A DNA stretch of 64,000 nt from Oceanispirochaeta sp. (GCA_963663385.2 CAXXXD010000004.1:992001-1056000), one strand, 5' to 3'; shown: positions 10,879-21,148, counted from the first letter of the stretch. Notes: a model not told the origin generated them from the sequence alone. Program-made: numbers and translations.

Positions 10879-11673
10879 TCAGATGAATCTTTTCTCTTTC
10901 AGAAAAGAGAAAACCGCATCAACACCCTTTCCGTCAGCGCTGACAAGCAGCTTTTCCCTTTCCTGGTACTTTTTCGTATAAGTCCTGGACACTTTTGTAA
11001 GGGAGCCCTTTAGTCCGACCTCGTCCTTGTGAAAGCCCAGTGTTTCATTATTAATCCGGTTTAATCTGTGTGCGACATCCATTTTCTGATTCTTGTATCT
11101 CACATAGGGCAGTCTGTAAGCGCTCTCCCTTGTCAGACTCAGGATGGCTGGAAGCTCCACCTTATAGGTCGCCCTTGAACGGTCATCCTCTACTTCTACC
11201 ACAGCGGATGAACCGTGGAATCCTTCCTCATCAATGCGGGAAATTCCCGACAACTGGGGGATATTCAGTAATTCCCCCAGCTGGGACGGGACGTGGGACG
11301 TGTCCCCATCGACGGCATGGGTCCCTGTCAGGATGCAGTTATACCCGGCAGTACTCAGGTATCTGCCGAGTATCCGGCTTGTTGCATAGGTATCGCTGCC
11401 TGCGTACAGCCTGTCCGTTATAACTGTTCCCCGGTCTACATCCACTCTCAGTATGTTCTCCACAAGGGGGATGACCGAGTCCGGCGCCATGGTAACCACT
11501 TCAATGAATGTTTCCGGATTTCTCTTTTTCATATTCAGGGCAAAACCAATGGCACAGGCATCATCGGGGTTGATCAGCATTTTACTGTTCTCTCGAATCA
11601 GCACATGTTTTTCATGGTCATAGCTGAAGTTGTCCACATCCGGCACGAACTTTACAGCACAGATTATTTTCAT
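10879..11673 (-). CDS. Electron transfer flavoprotein beta subunit (FixA/YgcR-like)
   Basis: CAVKFVPD, INPDD, GSDTYATS, DGDTSHV motifs. Confidence 0.92.
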   Translation of the reverse strand: MKIICAVKFVPDVDNFSYDHEKHVLIRENSKMLINPDDACAIGFALNMKKRNPETFIEVVTMAPDSVIPLVENILRVDVDRGTVITDRLYAGSDTYATSRILGRYLSTAGYNCILTGTHAVDGDTSHVPSQLGELLNIPQLSGISRIDEEGFHGSSAVVEVEDDRSRATYKVELPAILSLTRESAYRLPYVRYKNQKMDVAHRLNRINNETLGFHKDEVGLKGSLTKVSRTYTKKYQEREKLLVSADGKGVDAVFSFLKEKRFI

Positions 11674-12965
11674 TAAGCTTCCTGTACTTTCAGATTTTCC
11701 GCTTCCGGTCTGTTCAATCTGTTGTAAACCAGGGCGATGGCAATACCTGCCAGACCCAGTATACCGCTGACGATAAAATAGGCATTATACCCACCGTTGG
11801 GGCCGAAAGTATTCCACAGGAAGGTGTTTAACTGGGGCAGAATGATATCGGGCAGATATCCGATAAAAGAGATCAGACCGATAGCGGTTCCCATCATGGC
11901 CGCCTCAATTTTCGATTGTCCCAGAAGAGACCAGTAGGTCCCGCGGATGGCATAGAGAAAAGCGCCGAGGACAACAATAAGGACGGTAAACAGCCTGGGA
12001 GACGTTGTTACGGGAACAACGGCTGTCAGTCCCAGGAGAACTGCCGCACCGAGCAGAGCTCCGCTGATGGTTTGGGTCCTTCCGAATTTATCCGCCAGAA
12101 AACCGCCGATGAAACCGCCCACAGGCCGCATCCAGAGGACCACAACCATGATTGTACCAACAGTTACGGCATCAATGCCTACGTTGGACTGCAGAAAGCC
12201 GCCCAGGTAGTAAACGGTCCAGAAAACGGCGTATCCCATAAAGATTATTCCGCCCATGAGATAGACGTATTTGTTTTTAAGGAGTTTCCCCACATCTTTG
12301 AGGTGGAATTTTTCCGCTTCCGAGCGTTCTCCGCTGTTTTCCGCGTGTTCCGCCAGTTTTTCATCGCTTTCTACAAAGATCATAATCAGGACAGCTGTAG
12401 CCAGAACAATGGAAGAATAAAGATAGATAACAGAAGTCAGGGCGGAGGTTTTGTCTGCCATGGCTGAGCTTGTACCGAGGATGGCGGCAAAGACGGCCAG
12501 TCCTACTGTTCCCATCAGGGCCTCCACAACACCGCGTCCGCCGTCGAGGATTCCGAAAAAACGGCCTTCTTCACTGGCTTTGGCCAGCATTTTTACAACC
12601 TTCATATGGGAGCTCCAGAAGGTGAATACGGAAAAGAATCCCCAGAGTACAAAGATTATATTAACGGCACCCAGAGTCGGAACCTGGGCAAACCAGAAAC
12701 CGCAGAGGGCCGTACCTGTCAGGGAAATGGCGATAAGCCATTTTGCCGAGAAGCGGTCACTTAACAGTCCGCTGGGAATGTATCCGAGAACAAACGCCAT
12801 TCCCATCATGGAATAGAAATTATTCATCTGGGGCAGGGTCATGTTGAATACTTCGAGAATTGTTTCCTGATAGTTGGTTTTAAGGTAAATTACGGGATAG
12901 ATGGCTCCCGCTGCCAGCACAATCAGAAAAAACTGAAAATAACGCCTGAAATTCTCCTTTTGCAT
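11673..12965 (-). CDS. MFS transporter, YqcE-like
   Basis: 12 TM helices; PSGLLSDRFS and GFLADKFGR motif A; EEGRFFGILDGGRG. Confidence 0.88.
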   Translation of the reverse strand: MQKENFRRYFQFFLIVLAAGAIYPVIYLKTNYQETILEVFNMTLPQMNNFYSMMGMAFVLGYIPSGLLSDRFSAKWLIAISLTGTALCGFWFAQVPTLGAVNIIFVLWGFFSVFTFWSSHMKVVKMLAKASEEGRFFGILDGGRGVVEALMGTVGLAVFAAILGTSSAMADKTSALTSVIYLYSSIVLATAVLIMIFVESDEKLAEHAENSGERSEAEKFHLKDVGKLLKNKYVYLMGGIIFMGYAVFWTVYYLGGFLQSNVGIDAVTVGTIMVVVLWMRPVGGFIGGFLADKFGRTQTISGALLGAAVLLGLTAVVPVTTSPRLFTVLIVVLGAFLYAIRGTYWSLLGQSKIEAAMMGTAIGLISFIGYLPDIILPQLNTFLWNTFGPNGGYNAYFIVSGILGLAGIAIALVYNRLNRPEAENLKVQEA

Positions 12966-13077
12966 AGTAACTCCATTTATATATAGTATTGTATTTTCAT
13001 CAGCAGGAAACAGATACCCTCCAGCACTGTCCCCCGCGGATAAACTGATTCAGCCGTACCATACGGTACCATGTCTT

Positions 13078-14553
13078 TTACCAGATGTACTTTTTGATCC
13101 CTTCTGTTTCGGGGAAGATAGTTCCGTAGTTCATAACACCCTTCGGATCAAAGGCTTTCTTGAGTTTTTCCAGCATATAGAATGCCGATCCGTGCTCGTC
13201 CTTTGCCCATTCGCTCCTGTATTTTCCGATGCCGTGGTGATGACACATGGAACCGCCGTGTTTCAGGGTTTCTTCCACGATGATCTTCTGAATCGGATGG
13301 TGGTAGATCACCATTTCATCTTCGGGCTCGCAATGGATTTTGTAGTTGTAAACAAAATACATATTTGTTCCGTTCAGATAACTATGGGAAGAGTGCCCGC
13401 CCAGCATGGTAAGATCTTCCGCACGTTCGAACTCGCTACGGACCCTGCTTATTACGCTGTTGTAGATTTTGGGAATTGTTTCCCAATCCGCCGAAATCTC
13501 GGTTGTGAATCCGGAATGGGAGTCCCCGGCTTCCATTTCGGCAAATTCATCATCAATGTCCTGCTGGGACCAGTTCAGGTGGTTGAACCAGTCTTCAATC
13601 AGTTTACTGTCCACCTGTTTGATAATGCCGTCCCGGAATTTTTCCACCCCTTCCTCAATGGCCTGACCGGTGGCTTCTACAATCCCTTTGGGGCCTTCCG
13701 CCATAAAAAGCAGAACGCATTTGTTCTCATGGAAATGATAGAAATGCTGGGCCGCATCCTCCTCCGAGTAGGTACGGGCGACAGAGGGTCTGAAGCCGTT
13801 AACCATTACTTCACGCAGTACACTGATCCCTGTTTCCACATCTTTAATCAGGTAGCCGTAAAACTTGTTGTTGTCAGGGTAATACTTGAAAATTTTGACT
13901 GTTACTTCGGTGATATAACAGAGGGTTCCTTCGTTACCGATGGCTATATGCCGGATATCAGGGCCGCCCGACCGTCTGGAAACATTTTTGATTCTGGCAA
14001 TATGCCCGTCGGGAAAAACACATTCCAGGCCCACGACCATATCTTCAATTCCTCCGTAAAGGGTGGAGAACTGACCGATACTCCTTGTGGCCACCAGACC
14101 GCCGTATTTGGCAACCGGTTTTGACTGGGGAGAGTGGCCGGCTGTATAGCCGACTTTTCTCAGCTCATCCTCCAGATCCTGAAGGGCCACTCCTGCCTGA
14201 ATGGTAGCCTGGGAGTTGTAGGTGTCAATTTTCAGGATTTTGTCCATTTTAAGAGCATCTATGACAATTGTTGCATCCTTCCAGTTTTCAAGTCCCCCTT
14301 CTGTGGCAGTCTTTCCGCCCCGTGGAATAACATTTATCTCATTTTCATTACAGAACCTGAGGAGGCGGCTGACCTCATCCCTGTTGTCGGGGTAGACAAT
14401 GGCAATGGGGGAAGGGGTATCCAGTACCTTCCTGGCTTTGGCAAATTTTTTATACCTGTCCGCTGAAGCATCGTACAGATCATCAGCATTTGTGTTTATC
14501 TGATCTGCGGCAACTATCTCTGCTATCTGATTCAGAATTGTTTTAGGATCCAA
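13078..14553 (-). CDS. ygcU: FAD-binding oxidoreductase (VAO/alkyl-DHAP synthase-like), YgcU-like
   Basis: ATEGGLE, GHSPQSKP, VATRSIGQFSTLYG, IGNEGTL, HHHGIGK. Confidence 0.88.
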   Translation of the reverse strand: MDPKTILNQIAEIVAADQINTNADDLYDASADRYKKFAKARKVLDTPSPIAIVYPDNRDEVSRLLRFCNENEINVIPRGGKTATEGGLENWKDATIVIDALKMDKILKIDTYNSQATIQAGVALQDLEDELRKVGYTAGHSPQSKPVAKYGGLVATRSIGQFSTLYGGIEDMVVGLECVFPDGHIARIKNVSRRSGGPDIRHIAIGNEGTLCYITEVTVKIFKYYPDNNKFYGYLIKDVETGISVLREVMVNGFRPSVARTYSEEDAAQHFYHFHENKCVLLFMAEGPKGIVEATGQAIEEGVEKFRDGIIKQVDSKLIEDWFNHLNWSQQDIDDEFAEMEAGDSHSGFTTEISADWETIPKIYNSVISRVRSEFERAEDLTMLGGHSSHSYLNGTNMYFVYNYKIHCEPEDEMVIYHHPIQKIIVEETLKHGGSMCHHHGIGKYRSEWAKDEHGSAFYMLEKLKKAFDPKGVMNYGTIFPETEGIKKYIW

Positions 14554-14636
14554 TTATTTTTCCTCCTGATTGAATTGGTAAAGGAGATTAATTCAACTAA
14601 CCTCGGAATCTTTTTGGTTTTAAAAGAATTGTAGGG

Positions 14637-14717
14637 GGATATTTTTCATCAGTCAAGAAAAAAATGGAAAATTTTCTATTAAGGTGTATTATAATATGTT
14701 TATTAGGAAAATTTTCC
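14637..14717. promoter_or_regulatory. Candidate operators of the RpiR-type regulator
   Basis: Palindrome GGAAAATTTTCC at 14706-14717, near copies GGAAAATTTTCT at 14666-14677 and GGATATTTTTCA at 14637-14648, in the divergent intergenic region. Confidence 0.6.
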
Positions 14718-14786
14718 ATTTAGGGTATACAGTCTATTGTAAGAATGTTAGATTCAGGTTTATAAAATGGATAAGGTATAACCGTC

Positions 14787-15515
14787 GTGATTAATATTGA
14801 TTTCAATGTATTAAACTCCCTGGAGAAGGGGATCCATGAAACACTCAGTATACATAGTAAAACTGTTGACACCATACGAATAACCCGGGCGGCAGAGCTG
14901 TGCGGGTGTTCTGTATCAAAGATATCGAAGTTTACCAAGAAACTTGGCTTCACCAATTATAAACAATACCTTGATTTCCTGTATGGCAAGGATTTGGGAG
15001 TAACGGGCCATTCCTCCGAATTAACCAGAATCCAAAATTTTATCCGGGATTTTGACAGCAGAAAAGTGGACGAAATGATAGAGCTGATTGAAAATCATGA
15101 TAAGATTGTGCTGTTCGGCTACGGTCCTTCCCTTCTCTGTGCCCAGTATTTTGAATATCGCCTTCGGACATGTACCAATAAGGTTATTATTGCCGTACCT
15201 GATGATCTGTCTGTAGCCTCCATGACGGATGACAAGTCTCTGCTGCTGATTTTTACAGTAACCGGCACTTTTCAGTCTTTTGAAAATATCTACCACGATA
15301 CCAAAGAGAAAGGCTGTGATGTTGCTATAGTTGTTGAAGAGTACAATACGTCTCTGTTCGAGCAGTGTGATAAGATATTTCTCCTTGCCAAAGAACCTCA
15401 GCCGAGTCATCTGCTTGCCTATGAAAAGTCCAGAACCATCTTTTTTATTTTCATGGAAGAGGTTATTCAGCGTTTAACAGTGCAGCAGAAAGCAATCAAT
15501 CGCAGGCTGAACTAG
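14787..15515 (+). CDS. RpiR/MurR family transcriptional regulator (HTH + SIS)
   Basis: AAELCGCSVSKISKFTKKLGF HTH; SIS domain (LFGYGPS). Confidence 0.85.
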   Translation: MINIDFNVLNSLEKGIHETLSIHSKTVDTIRITRAAELCGCSVSKISKFTKKLGFTNYKQYLDFLYGKDLGVTGHSSELTRIQNFIRDFDSRKVDEMIELIENHDKIVLFGYGPSLLCAQYFEYRLRTCTNKVIIAVPDDLSVASMTDDKSLLLIFTVTGTFQSFENIYHDTKEKGCDVAIVVEEYNTSLFEQCDKIFLLAKEPQPSHLLAYEKSRTIFFIFMEEVIQRLTVQQKAINRRLN

Positions 15516-15563
15516 TTATAGAATCTGTTTTTACTGCCCTGATCCCATAAACTGTTCTTAGGA

Positions 15564-16478
15564 TCAGGCGCTGGTTGCAGCCTTTTCCAGAGGGAGAGTA
15601 TCCACCGGATCATAGCTGAACCCTTCGCCGAAAACCTCTCTTGTTACAGAGATAAAAACAAAGGCTTTGGGGTCCAGCTCCTGTACCAGTTTTTTGACAT
15701 GCAGCACATCCCTGCTTTTTAACACACTCATCAGAACAGGTCTCTCTTCTCCGGTAAATTTGCCGTAACCGACCAGTTCGGTTACGCCCCTGTTCAGTTC
15801 CTGCAGTATCCTCCGGGATATCTCTTCATACTCCTGAGAGATGATATACACCGTATTTGTGTAGTTAACGCCAATCAGAATGGCATCGATTACCCGGGCA
15901 GAAATAAAGATGGATAGGGCTGCATAAAGCATCAGGTCGTAGTTATGGAATACAATACCTGCTGTAAATACCACTGTGGCATCGATGGCCAGTAGTATCT
16001 GTCCAATGGAAAACAGAGGGATAAGTTTATGCACAACCTTGGCGATGATATCCGTTCCTCCTGTGGAACCGTCATAATGAAAAATAACCCCCAGACCTGC
16101 ACCGACCATGACTCCTCCGGCCAGAGAAGCCAGAAGGGGGTCTCTGGAAAAGGGGTCCATATACGAGGTCAGATCGATCAGGAAGGAGAGGGCAACGGTG
16201 GCATAGAAGGTTTTTATACCGAAAACCTTCCCCAGAATAAGGATTCCCAGCAGAAAGAGGGGAATATTCATAGCCAGGGAAAAAACTCCCACCGGCCAGC
16301 CGAAAAGGTGATAGAACACCGTGGCCAGTCCGGAGACGCCTCCTGCCGCAATTTTATTGGGCACGAAGAACAGATTGATTCCCAATGCGGTAAACAGGGC
16401 ACCAAGGGTAATCATTAAAAAATCCCGGAAATCTTTGCGGGTAAAACCGTTCTTTTTCAAAGCTGTAAGCATCATCAA
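15564..16478 (-). CDS. YitT family membrane protein
   Basis: AAGGVSGLA, STGGTDI, RGVT, DPKAFV...EVFGEGF. Confidence 0.9.
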   Translation of the reverse strand: MMMLTALKKNGFTRKDFRDFLMITLGALFTALGINLFFVPNKIAAGGVSGLATVFYHLFGWPVGVFSLAMNIPLFLLGILILGKVFGIKTFYATVALSFLIDLTSYMDPFSRDPLLASLAGGVMVGAGLGVIFHYDGSTGGTDIIAKVVHKLIPLFSIGQILLAIDATVVFTAGIVFHNYDLMLYAALSIFISARVIDAILIGVNYTNTVYIISQEYEEISRRILQELNRGVTELVGYGKFTGEERPVLMSVLKSRDVLHVKKLVQELDPKAFVFISVTREVFGEGFSYDPVDTLPLEKAATSA

Positions 16479-16601
16479 TTCCTTACTATTATAGTAGTAA
16501 CAATTGGGATATTTCTATCACAGGCAATCTGAAAGGGTAAAGCGGCCGAGAGGCTTTTTCCGGATTTTTTTCTTGATTTTTATGAATTGAATGACTTAAT
16601 G

Positions 16602-16634
16602 AAAGAAGGCTGCTTGTTACAGCAGCCTTCTTTT
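16602..16634 (-). terminator. Intrinsic terminator downstream of the dehydrogenase gene
   Basis: AAAGAAGGCTGCT-TGTTAC-AGCAGCCTTCTTT hairpin with A/T tails. Confidence 0.75.
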
Positions 16635-16642
16635 GATATTTC

Positions 16643-19504
16643 CTAATTCTGATTCCGGATTATTTCTACTTCAGGGTGATGCAGGAATTCTTTATTAAAG
16701 AACTCCCTGGTTTCATCCGGAAGGGTTTCCGTTAATGCTTTTGCATCTTTTTCATCCATTTTGGATAATCCCGCTGCCAGTACCCTGAGCTGCGAATTGA
16801 TGAATCCCGCATCCTTCATGGACATCTGATGTTCCTCTGCATATCTGTAGTCCTCATTCACTGCAGAAAACATAATATCCCGAAGAATGGTGTTCCACAG
16901 GGCTGTTACCGTATCCGACTCTTCCTGACTGAGAACATCCTTTATCCTTCTTCTGAATTCCGGCATGATATAGCGGTCCATTACAGAGTCGTTGAATTCC
17001 TTTTCATAGATGACTTCCGCCTCATACCGGGCCCTCTGATAGAGGTTTCTGAGCCATTCAAAGTAGGATGCGGTAACACCGGCGCCATTGGCAAGGAAAT
17101 CATATACCACCAGAATGCCCCGTTCCTGAAGAATCTTTTCTGCTTTTGAGCTGTTGGAACCATTGGAACCGCATATTTCAATTTTCGTATTTATTTTTGG
17201 TGCATTCGCTTCGGTTACCGCATTTTCCAGAGCAGCCGGAAAGAGAATGTCACATTCCAGTTCAAGAATAGCTGAACCTTCTCCGGCTCCCATGATTTTT
17301 TCATTTACGTTTTTCTCTGCATGGATAACCGATGCCCGCAGAGCCCGGTCTTCCAGTTTCCGTGAATTCTCAACCGCTTCCAGAACCTCTTCGGGATCAA
17401 GATGATTTCCTATTACAGCTCCTCCCGCATCGGATATGGCAATCAGGTTAACGCCGAATACAGCCAGTTCGCGGATAATGGAACTTCCTACTTTACCGGA
17501 GCCCTGAACAACAATCTTTTTGTCCCTCAGCAGTTTGGGGTAGACCGTATCTCTGAGGATTTTCCAGTCTTCATCGCTTATGATATCGATCCCCTCTTTT
17601 TCAAGAATAAGGGGAACCGTGATGGCTGCTGTTTCCTTTAACAGAACCTCTTCCTTTTTCGTCAGTTTTTCGGAAGCTTCCCATTTCCCTTCCAGATACA
17701 GGTTGGTTACGGCGGACAGGGTGGCATAACATAGACCCCGTCCGGTGGCTCCGGTTCTGGCATTTATACCCATTCTGGGTTTTCCCGTGATCTGTGCTGC
17801 CACAACCAGTTCCAGGTAGTTCTGGTTTGCTCCCAATTCCTTCAGTATCCGGCTGTCGGTATGATCGATATTAAAGGCCTCTTTCAGGATCTTTCTGGCT
17901 TCTTCCAGTGATATTATCTGGTCTCCGATCATGGTTACATTATGCCGGACGCCGTACACCATCAGGGCAAGGTCTCTGAGGGCCGATTTGAATCCTTCGA
18001 ACATTCTTCCGATTTCATCTGCTCCGCAGCCGACGTCTCCGGCAGGTACGTCCCGTGCCGGACCGGTTACCAGAAAGAGGGAGCGTCCGAAGTTGCTGAG
18101 GGAATCGAAAAAGTCGATGCTTTTAGGGTCATATTCCCTGGGATTAAGCATCAGTCCTCCCTTCGCTCCACCGAAAAGGATGCGGCTGCGGGCGCTTTTC
18201 CAGGTCATCATAAAGGAGAGCGCGGCCACTTCGCAGAAGTTTACAATCGGATCAATTCGCAGGCCCCCTTTGGAGGCTCCTCTGATGGTACTGTGTTTGA
18301 TTCTGTAACCGGGAACATTCTGTGTTTCTCCGTCTTTCGGACAGGCTACAAAAAACTCGTCGAATTTTTCGAATCCCAGCAGGAGTTTCAGTATATGAGG
18401 ATTTTCAGCCAGTCCGGCTTTTCGGGCGGCTTCCATAAAGTCTGTTACACTGTTCAGATAGAAATTCCCTATTTCCGAACCGGGTTTGAGGTTTTCTCTG
18501 CACAGGAGGTTCAATTCATTTAAGTAGCTTTTTAGAGATTCCTCTTCAAGGGGAGCGGAAATCTTCCTGATAAGGTTTTCGATTTTATACTCAATACTGT
18601 CCTTTTTCGAGATAAAAGAGGCATTGCAGAATTCACTGAGTGTTTCCGTCAACTCTTTTTCAAGTTCTTTGTAATTTTTTGTAGGTTCATCAATATAGAA
18701 TGTGAACAGGCCGATCCTTTTTTCATCGTGTTCAAACAGATCGTAATAGCTGCGGTTCAGATTTATCTGCTCTTTTTTAAAATACCGCAGGGTTTTATCC
18801 AGGAATTTATCATGGGGGTTGTAACCGGCCATGGATATTCTCAGTACATCTTTGACGATGGCGGACTCGATGATCAATCCCTCCGACTTGGAAGCGGATT
18901 CATAAAGGTGAAGGTGCCGGAAAATTCTTTCGGGATAACGCTGAACGGACAGCTCTTCTCTCAGGTACTTGTTTGAGAGGGTTTGCAGAAACTCTTCTGT
19001 GTATTTCAGATGGTTTTCCCTGCCGTAGGTTTTGACATGGGCTCTCAGACTGTCGGCTCTTTCCTTCTCCTCATCCGACAGTTCCACATAGCTTTCGCCC
19101 CGTTTGTCTATAGTAACAATTCTGAGTCCGCTGGCAGTGGTTTCAGAATCAATGGCTACAATATCCATAGCCTGATTCTTGCGGACTACCCGGGAAAGGC
19201 GGCCGGGATAGTCCCGGCCCACATTGATAAAGTAGGTTTTTGACTGATTGTCCGCACCCGACTGGGACAGCATGTCGCTATTGGCATTGAGAAAGTGGGT
19301 CAGCATATATATGTGATGCGCTATAGTATCGGGGGTATTGCTGTAGAAGTACCAGGTAGGAAGGTAGCCTTCCGAAAAATACTCTTCAAGAATTTTGTCT
19401 TTTGTATTGATATCTATGCGGAACTGGTTCTCGAGGATTTCTCCCGTCTCCGCATAGATTCGTTTTAAATAATCTTCCTTAACTCCCATACTGAATTCTG
19501 ACAT
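16643..19504 (-). CDS. Glu/Leu/Phe/Val (glutamate) dehydrogenase with a long N-terminal extension
   Basis: KGGLR, FGGAKGG, DVPAGDVG, ATGRG, QGSGKVG, DFLANGAGVTASYFEW; the first ~390 aa lie outside the catalytic core. Confidence 0.85.
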   Translation of the reverse strand: MSEFSMGVKEDYLKRIYAETGEILENQFRIDINTKDKILEEYFSEGYLPTWYFYSNTPDTIAHHIYMLTHFLNANSDMLSQSGADNQSKTYFINVGRDYPGRLSRVVRKNQAMDIVAIDSETTASGLRIVTIDKRGESYVELSDEEKERADSLRAHVKTYGRENHLKYTEEFLQTLSNKYLREELSVQRYPERIFRHLHLYESASKSEGLIIESAIVKDVLRISMAGYNPHDKFLDKTLRYFKKEQINLNRSYYDLFEHDEKRIGLFTFYIDEPTKNYKELEKELTETLSEFCNASFISKKDSIEYKIENLIRKISAPLEEESLKSYLNELNLLCRENLKPGSEIGNFYLNSVTDFMEAARKAGLAENPHILKLLLGFEKFDEFFVACPKDGETQNVPGYRIKHSTIRGASKGGLRIDPIVNFCEVAALSFMMTWKSARSRILFGGAKGGLMLNPREYDPKSIDFFDSLSNFGRSLFLVTGPARDVPAGDVGCGADEIGRMFEGFKSALRDLALMVYGVRHNVTMIGDQIISLEEARKILKEAFNIDHTDSRILKELGANQNYLELVVAAQITGKPRMGINARTGATGRGLCYATLSAVTNLYLEGKWEASEKLTKKEEVLLKETAAITVPLILEKEGIDIISDEDWKILRDTVYPKLLRDKKIVVQGSGKVGSSIIRELAVFGVNLIAISDAGGAVIGNHLDPEEVLEAVENSRKLEDRALRASVIHAEKNVNEKIMGAGEGSAILELECDILFPAALENAVTEANAPKINTKIEICGSNGSNSSKAEKILQERGILVVYDFLANGAGVTASYFEWLRNLYQRARYEAEVIYEKEFNDSVMDRYIMPEFRRRIKDVLSQEESDTVTALWNTILRDIMFSAVNEDYRYAEEHQMSMKDAGFINSQLRVLAAGLSKMDEKDAKALTETLPDETREFFNKEFLHHPEVEIIRNQN

Positions 19505-19644
19505 AATACCCTCCGTTACATTTAATACAGCATCTTACTATTTTAGTAGTTATACTGTTATTATTACTCTTTTTTGGAATATCGCAAGGTTTATTTTTTC
19601 GAAATCAGCAATTAATGGTTGGTTAATTCAGGGTTATGGAAATA

Positions 19645-20277
19645 TTAGCTCTCTATGGTTTCCAGAAATACAAGATTAAGCCCCCAGTTATCCCGGGGGG
19701 GGCCTCCGCACAATCCCTCTACATCCGTTTCAATGATTTCTTCATCCTTCCGGCTTATATTCCGTCCGATAACCATATGCCAGTTTACAGGGCTGTGTTC
19801 TTTTATAAACCGGGCTACTTCGTCCGGATTGTTTGTTTCATCCGTATACAGGATTATGCTCTCTTTACTGTCCAGGGCCGGAAGGATATTGCTCAGTTCC
19901 CGTCCATGAACGGAAATCTGGCGGGGGAGGGGGCTCTGCAGTCCCAGATAGGCTGAAAACACCTGAGCACTGCCTATGCCGGGAATGATTCTGTATTTCT
20001 CCCGGGGAAGTGTGCCGGTAAAGCGGCGGGAGAGGCTGAATATCAGAGGGTCTCCCGATACCAGAACGGCCAGTGTGAGAGAATCATCCATGGCTGCCAG
20101 TTTTCCGGGCAGTTCCGTCAGGGCTCCCTGGATGGACTCTCCTTTTTCTTCGGGAATTGCCATTTGCCGGAGGTGATGGGGAAAGGCATAAACCCTGTCG
20201 GCTTTTTCTATGATTTTTTTGGCTTTGTCCGTAATGTAATCCGGGTCTCCCGGTCCCATTCCTACCAGATATATCAT
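19645..20277 (-). CDS. cbiE: Precorrin-6y/cobalt-precorrin-7 C5-methyltransferase (CbiE-like)
   Basis: VGMGPGDPDYIT, SGDPLIFS, IIPGIGS, ISVHGR tetrapyrrole methylase motifs. Confidence 0.8.
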   Translation of the reverse strand: MIYLVGMGPGDPDYITDKAKKIIEKADRVYAFPHHLRQMAIPEEKGESIQGALTELPGKLAAMDDSLTLAVLVSGDPLIFSLSRRFTGTLPREKYRIIPGIGSAQVFSAYLGLQSPLPRQISVHGRELSNILPALDSKESIILYTDETNNPDEVARFIKEHSPVNWHMVIGRNISRKDEEIIETDVEGLCGGPPRDNWGLNLVFLETIES

Positions 20278-20689
20278 GTCAGTCTCCCTTGTATTGTTAT
20301 TTTCATCTTCATTAAAAGGACGGTTAATTGATCTGTATGATGATTGAACTGAAGGGTAGGTGTCAAGGTAAAAAAGGCAGGGGAGACTATCCTCAGAGCC
20401 GTTTTCGGGTATCGGGAAGGAGCCGGATATCTGTAGTACCTGTCTTTCAGTCAGATGTAGTACTTTTTCAAAATAAATCTGTTTAAAGTTATGGAATTCC
20501 GGGTAATTGCTATTGTACTATCCCTTGCGGAACCTGTTCTGCAATTGTCCGCCATGTACAGGAAGGGTAGGATTAATAGTGCCTCAGCTGCCATTGCGCC
20601 CCTTCTGCTTGTGTTTATTGCGAATCTGGTTCCTATCTGTTTTATCCGGCGGTTCGGGCTGCTGGCTGCTCTTAACTGGCGGCTGGCGG

Positions 20690-21022
20690 ATTATATTGTC
20701 TGGCTATCAGATGATTTATTTCCTCCCGGGATAGTACATCCGGCAGTCGTTTTCTTTCCCTGATTCCGTTAAGTTTATATGGGCGCTCTTTTTTAAGGAC
20801 CAGTTTTTAGAACAGTTTTATGGCAGACCATGCCAGCCGTCGCTGTTCGCTGGTTTTCTGCTCTCTGTCGAGGAACTCTGCAATTCTTGCGTCCGGTTCC
20901 GGTTCCGTTTTTCTGTTGAAGCGAAGAAACTGATCCAGATACAGGCAATACTCCCGAATGGTATTGCGGGAATAACTCCTGTTTCTCATTTCCCTTCGGA
21001 AAATATCCAGATAATTCTGCAT
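20690..21022 (-). pseudogene. intI: Integron integrase remnant (N-terminal SAM-like domain only)
   Basis: MQNYLDIFRREMRNRSYSRNTIREYC...AWSAIKLF then a premature TAA, KLVLKK..., a frameshift, then KRLPDVLSREEI (20752-20717, IntI RLPxVLSxEE motif); no catalytic RHRY domain follows; divergent from an attC array. Confidence 0.8.
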
Positions 21023-21068
21023 AAATCACGTCCTTTTATCTGAAGAACAATGAATAATTATCCCCTGA

Positions 21069-21097
21069 TTGCATTTCCGTTAAAATAAATCTAAAAT
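21069..21097 (+). promoter_or_regulatory. Candidate cassette promoter Pc
   Basis: TTGCAT-17 bp-TAAAAT immediately upstream of the attI junction. Confidence 0.55.
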
Positions 21098-21104
21098 AAA
21101 TCAC

Positions 21105-21129
21105 GCAATGCGCATAATTGTAGTTATTT
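21105..21129 (+). other. Candidate attI site, crossover G/TT at 21123-21124
   Basis: CATAATTGTAGTTATTT; GTTATTT is complementary (1 mismatch) to R'' ACATAAC at the end of cassette 1. Confidence 0.6.
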
Positions 21130-21148
21130 GTCATTCTTTGGAGACTTA

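Noticed and set aside
20300..20690. Short ORFs 20491-20763 and 20507-20734, or the missing intI catalytic domain
   Set aside because: No RBS or family motif was found, and no tyrosine-recombinase HxLRH box is visible on the minus strand.
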